Virus record (IMG/VR): IMGVR_UViG_3300031992_004563
Coordinates: 329,798 to 380,519 of that record
DNA: 50,722 nt
Reading direction: 5' to 3' (one strand)
Source: a virus
Lineage: Duplodnaviria > Heunggongvirae > Uroviricota > Caudoviricetes
Shown: positions 43,452 to 50,722 of the stretch, in pieces
Position numbering within the stretch: the first letter of the stretch is position 1
Layout of the letters: every line of letters starts with the position of its first letter
Program-made: the position numbers and the translations under genes
The notes under the pieces: model-generated
Told to the model about the DNA's origin: nothing
What the model saw: only the letters and a program-made list of their open reading frames with translations
Database searches by the model: none

Positions 43452-43994
43452 ATGGAAAAACATTTAGTTATTAATCTTATTGGTGGACCAGGTTGTGGAA
43501 AATCTACAACAATGGCTGGATTATTTTATAAACTAAAGAAACAAGGCGTTAATTGTGAAATGGCAACTGAATATGTCAAAGATAAGGCATGGGAAGAAGA
43601 CTATAGAACAATGGATGATCAAATTTATATTATTGGAAAACAATTCCATAGAATTTCAAGATTAATTGATAAAGTTGATATTGTTATTATGGATACATCA
43701 TTATTGAGCTCAATAATATATGATAAGAATAAATCAGATGCACTCAAGAAACTTTGTATAGAGGCATATAATAGATTTAATAATATGGTATTCTTTATTG
43801 AACGAGGAGACACTTCTTATCAAACATCAGGAAGAAGAGAAAACCCAGATGAAGCAAATGCAATAGATGTTGCATATAAAAAGTTAATGGATGAACTAAA
43901 TATTCCATACATAAGTATGTTAAACGATGATTCAGTTGATTTAATTATAGAGAAATTAAAAGAAACAGGATATATAGAAAAGGGACTCAATTAA
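43452..43994 (+). CDS. P-loop kinase/ATPase, AAA_28/NadR-kinase-like
   Basis: INLIGGPGCGKST, CEMATEYVK, IVIMDTSLL, YQTSGR. Confidence 0.75.
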   Translation: MEKHLVINLIGGPGCGKSTTMAGLFYKLKKQGVNCEMATEYVKDKAWEEDYRTMDDQIYIIGKQFHRISRLIDKVDIVIMDTSLLSSIIYDKNKSDALKKLCIEAYNRFNNMVFFIERGDTSYQTSGRRENPDEANAIDVAYKKLMDELNIPYISMLNDDSVDLIIEKLKETGYIEKGLN

Positions 43995-44004
43995 GAGTCC
44001 CTTT
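43979..44004. terminator. Bidirectional intrinsic terminator overlapping both stop codons
   Basis: AAAGGGACTC-aattaa-GAGTCCCTTT; near-copy of the terminator at 2601-2632. Confidence 0.8.
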
Positions 44005-44824
44005 ATTCAATTAAAAATGTTTTAATTGGATGATATATTTTTCCTTCTTCTAATTCAGATTTATATCTATATTTATGTTCAAATTGAACAGTTTCATCAT
44101 TAATAAATTCAAAATGTTCATCAGAAAAATCATCTACAAATCTATTATCTTTATTATATTCTGTTGTTTTTCCAAACACTTTTAATGTTAATCCATTATT
44201 TATAAATATTGTTGGCATTGCAATTTCAAAAAAACCATAATCGCCTTTTTCATAACTATCACATAATATACTAAGAGCTTTATTAGAAAACCTATCTATT
44301 GGATTAAAGCATTTACATTTAATATTATTTGTTAAATTAAATGATTTTATCCATAGGTAATCAGCAATTGGTTTCCAAGTTGTTTGCCAATCTCCTAAAT
44401 CATAATTTATATGTGTTGTATATAAATCAACATCTTTATGGTTTTTATCATAATATGAAAATAAATCATACCAATTTCCAGTATTATAAACATCATATTC
44501 TATTAACCAATAAAAATTATATTTTGGATGTTCTTTATAAAATGACATAAATGAATATTCCATATTATGTCCATAAAAACCCATTGGATGATTAAAATAG
44601 TATTTATGAAAATGTAATCCAAGATTTTCACATTTTTTAATATTAAATGTATAAATGTTTAAATTTTTAGATGTAACTTCTCCTTTTTCACTATTAAATA
44701 ATATCCATAAGTCATATTCATCCGTATTTTTTATATCATTTAAAATTTTTGCAATTTGATGCTTTATAAAGTCATTTGCTTGATGGCAAACAAACATTAT
44801 ACAGTTTTTCATATTAGTTTTCAT
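44003..44824 (-). CDS. Glycosyltransferase-like protein (DUF3405-like)
   Basis: YNFYWLIEYDVYNTGNW (DxD-like), CFNPIDRFS and FEIAMPT. Confidence 0.5.
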   Translation of the reverse strand: MKTNMKNCIMFVCHQANDFIKHQIAKILNDIKNTDEYDLWILFNSEKGEVTSKNLNIYTFNIKKCENLGLHFHKYYFNHPMGFYGHNMEYSFMSFYKEHPKYNFYWLIEYDVYNTGNWYDLFSYYDKNHKDVDLYTTHINYDLGDWQTTWKPIADYLWIKSFNLTNNIKCKCFNPIDRFSNKALSILCDSYEKGDYGFFEIAMPTIFINNGLTLKVFGKTTEYNKDNRFVDDFSDEHFEFINDETVQFEHKYRYKSELEEGKIYHPIKTFLIE

Positions 44825-44830
44825 TTATTT

Positions 44831-46936
44831 TTAAAATAATGCATCTGAATTAAAATTAAATTCTGGTTGTGGAATTTGACGAGATTTTTTAATTGTTTCT
44901 GTTACACTTTCTCCAAAATCTCCATATGTTTTAATTGGAATACCAGCCTTTCTAGCTTTTTGCATTTTACCACTATTAGAGTCCAAACTATCTGTAATTA
45001 AAACTTGAATCTCTTTCCAGCTTGATACTTCTTCAAGATTTGGGTGTTGCTGTAAGAATACAGATTTTGTTTTATAACCAAATTCTTCAGGTGAACCAGT
45101 CAAAATAACTTTAATTTTTTCAATACCATTATCTTCTTGTTCTTCTTCCTTAAGATCATCTAAATCTAACTCCAATGCATCTATGGCTTTCATTACTAAA
45201 TAATATTGTTGGCTATTTTTATTTAATGCCCATTCATAAGATTCTGCAGGTAAAGAACTAATTGAGTATTTTTCACCTAATAAAATTTTAGCACAAACTT
45301 CAGCAGACTTTGTTCCACATAATTTAAAGTTAAATGATTTAATAATATCAACCAATGTAATGTATCTTACATAATTACGCATGTTTTCAACGTAATTTTG
45401 TATAGATCTTCCATCACCCAATTTGTCATAAATCAATCTATAACCATCTTCATTCATTACAAATAAGATATTAATTAATGGGTCATAAGTGTTCTTGCAT
45501 GCATCATATATATCTTTAGCTGCAGCCGGTCCAATAGTATTAATGTTTAATGAACCCGCAGAATTAATGAATTTATTTTCATTTTCTTCATCTTCTTTAA
45601 ATTCTTTCATAAGATGTAATGAACCAGAATTTGGGTCTTGCCTTACATAAGTATTTTCAGGAAGATTCATATTATTTTCTGCTGGCATATGTTTTGTAAT
45701 TTCATATACAAATGGAATAATATCACCAGCTAATGAAATTCTAACTTGTGAACCAATACCACACTCATTTGCAAGAATCCAATTATAATTATGTAAAGAT
45801 GCTCTATTAATTTTCTTTCCATCTGGCATTGTGATAGGTGCAACAATTGCTGTTGGAAAATATTCTCCAGTTTTACCAGCACGCCATGAAATATCAATAA
45901 TTTCTGTTGCATTAATCATTGGCATAAATTTCATTGCAATACAATCAACTGGACGTCCTCTACTTACATTATATTGACGTGCAGAAACTTCAGGCTTAAA
46001 TACCACACCATCTAATGCATATGGAGAATGCTTACGATATTCATCAAAGTCTTTATAGATATTTTCTAATTCTTCTACATTAAATTCATCAAAATTATAG
46101 AATCTTGTAAATGTAGGAATTTCACCGATATGACCCAAATAGAATTTTAATTCTTGGAATGTATCTTCATTTGGGTTCATCCAATCAAGTTCTCTATATT
46201 CGCCTTCAGAAAATACACGATAATCATAGCATACAAAATGAAGATCACGGCCAACTTTTAATTTTTCTGGAGTAACATCTTCATATTTTAATCCAAGAAC
46301 ACCTGCTACTAAACTACGTGGATTAGTATACATTTCAGAATATTCTTCAGTAAACTTATCTTCTGGAATAAGAACTTCACCTCTAATACATAATAAATCT
46401 TCTGGTTCTGTACAGAAATGACGAACTGCATCATCAATTGCAGCCCAATATTGTGTTTGTAATAATGGTTTAAACCAATGTTTAATATCAGAACCCCATT
46501 GTCCATTACCACGTGTAGCACATGTTCTTAAATATGCTTTATTATTGACATTAGAAAATTCAAGACTAAAACTACAGCCATCAAGTTTTGGAGATGCCTC
46601 TATATATTTACATCCATTTGATTTTCTAAATGCAGATATAATTTCATCTGCAACTTGTTTCCAATTTATAGAACCATCTTTTTGTTCCTTTACTTGGGTT
46701 TTTCCAAGAGAACCCATAAGAAAAGCATGCTTAACTGTATAGTTTCCTTTTGCAGAACCAATGTAACTTTTATTTTCTAGACCAGCTAATCTTTCAAGCT
46801 CATCATATTCAGCATCTGATAAAATTTCTTCACCAGAATTATAATAAGCATCTTTAGCTTTATCTAATAATTCAATCATTTCGGCATGTGACATACCATC
46901 AAATTTTCCTTCAAACATCATCATATTTTGAAACAA
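44831..46936 (-). CDS. ligA: NAD+-dependent DNA ligase
   Basis: SDAEYDEL, KLDG adenylation motif, TRGNG, IRGEV, NPRSLVAG, DGVVFK, ASLHN, LAGDIIP, C-terminal BRCT-like LTGS...LITDS...KMQKA; the real start may be a downstream ATG. Confidence 0.93.
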   Translation of the reverse strand: MFQNMMMFEGKFDGMSHAEMIELLDKAKDAYYNSGEEILSDAEYDELERLAGLENKSYIGSAKGNYTVKHAFLMGSLGKTQVKEQKDGSINWKQVADEIISAFRKSNGCKYIEASPKLDGCSFSLEFSNVNNKAYLRTCATRGNGQWGSDIKHWFKPLLQTQYWAAIDDAVRHFCTEPEDLLCIRGEVLIPEDKFTEEYSEMYTNPRSLVAGVLGLKYEDVTPEKLKVGRDLHFVCYDYRVFSEGEYRELDWMNPNEDTFQELKFYLGHIGEIPTFTRFYNFDEFNVEELENIYKDFDEYRKHSPYALDGVVFKPEVSARQYNVSRGRPVDCIAMKFMPMINATEIIDISWRAGKTGEYFPTAIVAPITMPDGKKINRASLHNYNWILANECGIGSQVRISLAGDIIPFVYEITKHMPAENNMNLPENTYVRQDPNSGSLHLMKEFKEDEENENKFINSAGSLNINTIGPAAAKDIYDACKNTYDPLINILFVMNEDGYRLIYDKLGDGRSIQNYVENMRNYVRYITLVDIIKSFNFKLCGTKSAEVCAKILLGEKYSISSLPAESYEWALNKNSQQYYLVMKAIDALELDLDDLKEEEQEDNGIEKIKVILTGSPEEFGYKTKSVFLQQHPNLEEVSSWKEIQVLITDSLDSNSGKMQKARKAGIPIKTYGDFGESVTETIKKSRQIPQPEFNFNSDALF

Positions 46937-46999
46937 TTTAACATTTTTATATAATATTTATAGGTATTTTTAATTAAATAGTTTTGAGAAAGAAAAATA

Positions 47000-47058
47000 A
47001 ACTTCTATTTTTTAGTTTAAGAAAAAAGTATTAATTTTGCATCGAAATTAGAAATAAA
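47000..47058 (+). promoter_or_regulatory. Putative early promoter, Bacteroidetes primary-sigma type
   Basis: TAATTTTG at 47032-47039; conserved with 23403-23460. Confidence 0.65.
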
Positions 47059-47064
47059 ATAATT

Positions 47065-47430
47065 ATGAAAAATCAAAAATTGCCAAAATGCAAATCAGAA
47101 ACAATTAATGAAGTTATTAATGCAATTAATCAACATTATGGCTTTACACAATTTGAAATTCAATGGGAAATTTCTCTTTCACAATGGGATTTAAGAATTA
47201 GAGAAATTTCATATAATCCGTTTATACATGTTACGAAGGACAATCAAAATATTGTTTTAGTTGATGTCGTTTTTGGAATACAAATTAATATTACAGACCC
47301 AAATTGGAAACAAATGCTTTTTAATGCTATTGACATGGAGCTTAAAAATAATCAAAAAATAAAAAATGAACGTGAAGCAAATGGTTTCAATAATATACTT
47401 AGAGCAGCAGGTTTATATGAATTAATTTAA
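47065..47430 (+). CDS. Hypothetical protein (early)
   Basis: Intact TAG-free ORF after the early promoter. Confidence 0.75.
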   Translation: MKNQKLPKCKSETINEVINAINQHYGFTQFEIQWEISLSQWDLRIREISYNPFIHVTKDNQNIVLVDVVFGIQINITDPNWKQMLFNAIDMELKNNQKIKNEREANGFNNILRAAGLYELI

Positions 47431-47446
47431 TAAAAACTATATTAAT

Positions 47447-47677
47447 ATGAAAGAGTTTATTGTATCATTTACAGATGAAAAAGGTGAGGGACAAACACAA
47501 ACCTTTTATAATCTCATGAAAGCAAAATCTTTTATGAAAGAAAATCCAGGTTCAACCGGTGTAATTTATAAAACATGGTCAAATGGTGATTTTGAATGTG
47601 TAGGTGTAATTACACTTAAAGGAACCAATAAAACATTTGTAGCAAATACAAAACAAAAACAAGAAAACTATAATTAA
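47447..47677 (+). CDS. Hypothetical protein
   Basis: Intact 76-aa ORF. Confidence 0.72.
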   Translation: MKEFIVSFTDEKGEGQTQTFYNLMKAKSFMKENPGSTGVIYKTWSNGDFECVGVITLKGTNKTFVANTKQKQENYN

Positions 47678-47685
47678 TTAAGAAT

Positions 47686-48429
47686 ATGAATTTTGACGCA
47701 AACAAAGTAAAGGACCAATTGGTACAAGGTATTCGTGATTGGTTTGGTAAAAATGGTAAAGGATGTAAAGCAGTAATTGGTTTGTCTGGTGGTAAGGACA
47801 GCACAATTGTTGCAGCATTGTGTGCTGAAGCGCTTGGCAAGGAAAATGTACTTGCAGTTAGTATTCCTGGCAAAGAACAGGGACTGAATGATGCTGATGA
47901 GATTGCAAAATATCTTGGCATTGAACTTAAAGTCGTACAAATTAGTAAAGTAATAGATGCTATTAAGTTTACTTTATATTATAGCGGTGATACTCGTCTG
48001 TCTGACCAGGCTGAACAAAATATTCCACCTCGTGTTCGTATGTTGATTTTGTACGCAATTTCACAATCTGTTAATGGTCGTGTAATTGGTACATGTAATG
48101 CAAGTGAGAACTACATTGGTTATTTCACAAAGTATGGAGACGGTGCTTCTGATTTTGAACCTATTGCAGAGTTGACTGTGCATGAGATTTATCAGATTGG
48201 GGATGCACTTGGAATTCCTAAAAAATGGGTTTATAAAACCCCAGATGATGGGCTTCCTCACAGCTGTCCTGATGATGAGAAGTTTGAGAAAGAAGGTTTC
48301 AATTATGAGAAACTTGACAAATACATTCGTACAGGCACCAGTGGTGATGAACATGCAGATGAGGTAATTGCACTAAAACATGAAATGAATCTTTTTAAAA
48401 TGCGAATGTCTGATACAATTAAATTTTGA
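47686..48429 (+). CDS. nadE: NH3-dependent NAD+ synthetase
   Basis: IGLSGGKDS PP-loop, PRVRM, GTCNASE, GYFTKYGDG, PIAEL and PDDGL. Confidence 0.92.
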   Translation: MNFDANKVKDQLVQGIRDWFGKNGKGCKAVIGLSGGKDSTIVAALCAEALGKENVLAVSIPGKEQGLNDADEIAKYLGIELKVVQISKVIDAIKFTLYYSGDTRLSDQAEQNIPPRVRMLILYAISQSVNGRVIGTCNASENYIGYFTKYGDGASDFEPIAELTVHEIYQIGDALGIPKKWVYKTPDDGLPHSCPDDEKFEKEGFNYEKLDKYIRTGTSGDEHADEVIALKHEMNLFKMRMSDTIKF

Positions 48430-48431
48430 GT

Positions 48432-48683
48432 ATGAGAGATTTAAATGAAAAAATTATATCATGGTATTTAGGTTTATTAAGTCTGGAGGATAATAAAAAT
48501 ACTCCAGGCTTAAATCCTAATTTAAAAGCCAAACTTGCACACTTGCAAAATGAACATATAAAACTTCTTAAAAAGGATTTGAGAGTATGGTATAAAAACC
48601 ATGATGAAGACCCAGATGTAAGTAGTGTTCATTTTCATTCAGGTATTAAGCCATTTACCAAAAAAGATTTACATATTAAATGA
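48432..48683 (+). CDS. Hypothetical protein
   Basis: ORF following nadE; ATG 48432 preferred over TTG 48426. Confidence 0.65.
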   Translation: MRDLNEKIISWYLGLLSLEDNKNTPGLNPNLKAKLAHLQNEHIKLLKKDLRVWYKNHDEDPDVSSVHFHSGIKPFTKKDLHIK

Positions 48684-48751
48684 ATTTTGTTATTTACATT
48701 ATAATTTGCATTATCATTATTGGATATATTATCATACAAATTTATAGATAA
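48680..48751 (+). CDS. 23-aa single-TM peptide
   Basis: MNFVIYIIICIIIIGYIIIQIYR; ATGA overlap with the upstream stop and 2 nt before the next ATG. Confidence 0.5.
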   Translation: MNFVIYIIICIIIIGYIIIQIYR

Positions 48752-48753
48752 TT

Positions 48754-49317
48754 ATGATAGAGATATTTGAAAATTTAAAAGAAATAAAAGGCTATTATGA
48801 TAGAGATTGGGTTAGAATATTTCGTCTTAGTCATAAGCCGTATTGTCGTTCAAAACAATTATCTATTAAAGATATCAAAGAACAATCTATAACAACATAT
48901 CCAATGATATGTTTTATGCCAATTTGTCTTTCAACTGATATATTAAAAGAAAATGGGTTTAATATAACTAATATAGATTTAGGTTGGCTATGTACATATA
49001 ACTGTAAACTTATAAATGCAAATGGTTGCGATGAAAATATTAATATTCATATAAGATTATCAATTAATGGGGATGCATCTATTTATATTTTTAATGATGA
49101 TGAAGTATTAGTTTCATTAAAAATCAAATATGTGCATGAACTTCAACATATTTTGCGTTTATGTAATTTAAGTAAATTTGCAGATTATTTAGAAATTAGT
49201 GATGATATGCAAAATAAATTGAATGAATCATTAGAGAAATCGTATGAGGATTATCAAAAAAGACAATCCCAATTATATGCAATAAATGAATCATTAGAGG
49301 AATCATATATAATATAA
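48754..49317 (+). CDS. Conserved-looking phage hypothetical protein
   Basis: PI.LSTDILKENGF and IKYVHELQHIL motifs recall a Bacteroidetes-phage family. Confidence 0.75.
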   Translation: MIEIFENLKEIKGYYDRDWVRIFRLSHKPYCRSKQLSIKDIKEQSITTYPMICFMPICLSTDILKENGFNITNIDLGWLCTYNCKLINANGCDENINIHIRLSINGDASIYIFNDDEVLVSLKIKYVHELQHILRLCNLSKFADYLEISDDMQNKLNESLEKSYEDYQKRQSQLYAINESLEESYII

Positions 49318-49435
49318 ATTTTTATAACAAATATATTTAATTATAATATATATAACAAAAATGTAATTTTTCAAATAGTGAAATTTTTCTAGAATTTCTT
49401 GAATAAATAATATATAAAATTTATATTTAATTTTC

Positions 49436-50722
49436 TTGCAAGTTATAAAGATAAAATATCAAACTGACTAGTCTTCTAGAGAAACTATTCTAAACTATAT
49501 GAAGCAATATAGTTCAGTTTAGCATTTTATCTATAATAGATTTGCAGATGGTTTTTCATAGAAACAAATAAAAGAACAAATTAAGAATTTAAACAATATT
49601 CAATTAATGAATTCTTGGTTTATTCAATGTGCTTTTTATGATATTCCATAGAAAGAAAAAGTTATATTTGGTGGCAAGAAAAATTATTTTGACAGACTTA
49701 AAGGCAAGATAACTAAAGAACAATTCAAACTAAATAAATTGTCTTCAATTTATTCTATTGGTGAAATAGTTAATAAGTCAGTCAAGTCAAACAGGTTTTT
49801 TCATCTAGAACAAGAACTTGATAAAATAATATTCAAACCAAACAAAGACACTAGAATTCAATTAAATTTAATTGGTGTTGGAAATAGAATTTCAATTCTA
49901 AAGAAACTTTATTAGAAACAAGAGAACAAAGAAATCAAGATAGGTTATAAACTAGACTTGAATTATATTTATATTTGTTTTGAAGAAACTGATATCTAGA
50001 AATTTGAAACAAAACAAATTAAGAATAGAATATTATCTTTGGATTTGAATCCAAATTATATTGGATGGTCTATAGTTGATTGGAAATCAGAGTCAGAATT
50101 TAAAGTTATTAAATCTGGAATTTATTCTATTAAAGAACTTAATGATAAAGATTTTAATTTGAAAGGCAAACATTATTCTAGTGAGTCTAAAGATAGAATT
50201 TATTTGTCAAACAAAAGAAACTATGAAATATTATAGATAGCAAAAAACATAATCAATAAAGCAATCTATTATAAATGTTAGATAGTTTCTATAGAAGACT
50301 TGAAAATTAATTCAGATGACAAAAACAAAGGAAATAAATTCAATAAACTAGTTAATAATTTATGGAATAGAAATGCTTTAGTTAATAATCTAACTAAGAG
50401 ATGCAATATATTCAATATTAAATTATTGAAAGTCAAGCCAGAATATAGTTCATTTATTGGAAACTTTCTCTATAGAAGTTTAAATCTTCCAGACATGATA
50501 TTAGCTTCTATAGAACTAGGAAGACGTGCATACGAATATTATAATTAGTATATTAGTAGAAGTAAAGAAATAAAGAAAAATATAGTTAGACCAAATTTGA
50601 CTGAATTTAGAGAGTTATATCTTAAGTCATTGGAAGAATTTGAGTTATAGCCAATTTATAAAGATTTGATTGAACTATATTATGAATTCAAAAAGTCTAA
50701 ACTTAAGTATAGACTTTCTATA
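49436..50722 (+). CDS. tnpB: TnpB-like (IS200/IS605 accessory) RuvC protein, TAG-recoded; truncated by the window end
   Basis: Open frame from TTG 49436 to the window end with 10 TAG. RuvC-I ILSLDLNPNYIGWS, RuvC-II IVSIEDL, VKPEYSSFIG and PDMILASIELGRR. Confidence 0.75.

Noticed and set aside
49222-49308. 24-bp near-duplicate (AATGAATCATTAGAG.AATC.TAT) at the end of gene 48754
   Set aside because: Short intragenic duplication with no further structure; not clearly an IS end or target-site duplication
1357-50722. Fragmented ORFs as pseudogenes or frameshifts
   Set aside because: Fragments are always in the same frame, interrupted only by TAG, often at conserved Gln positions; recoding explains them all
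49436-50722. Phage Cas12-type effector (CasPhi/Cas-lambda)
   Set aside because: RuvC-III-like motif is reached at about residue 355 (TnpB-sized architecture) and no array is in the window; cannot be fully excluded without the downstream sequence

Overview
AT-rich 50.7-kb segment of a very large T4-like (myovirus) phage genome. It uses an alternative genetic code in which TAG is read as Gln (code 15), and it carries Bacteroidetes-type TAnnTTTG early promoters. Together these suggest a Lak-like Prevotella/Bacteroidetes megaphage (inference). Many ORFs in the supplied standard-code track are fragments; joined through in-frame TAG they become full-length genes ending in TAA/TGA. Core genes: major capsid N-terminus, gp15-like tail terminator, 1104-aa tail sheath, PhoH, gp32 SSB, primase, gp47/gp46, a family-B DNA polymerase split into two genes in reversed order (C-half with a mini-intein), dUTPase, UvsX, NAD-dependent ligase, NadE, a free-standing homing-endonuclease-like gene and a TAG-recoded TnpB-like RuvC gene cut by the window end. 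Most striking unexplained structure: (1) two families of short N-terminal leaders (7 and 5 genes) fused to unrelated cargo domains, resembling T4 capsid-targeting/prohead-protease signals; (2) one cargo (Fib_succ_major/C-type-lectin-like) with the codon signature of a DGR variable region plus a downstream 8-bp-stem hairpin; (3) a 59-aa stand-alone mimic of a portal-protein segment; (4) TAG codons nearly confined to genes behind an ATAAATA late-type motif; (5) an NAD-related gene cluster. All homology calls come from motif recognition by eye, not from database searches.
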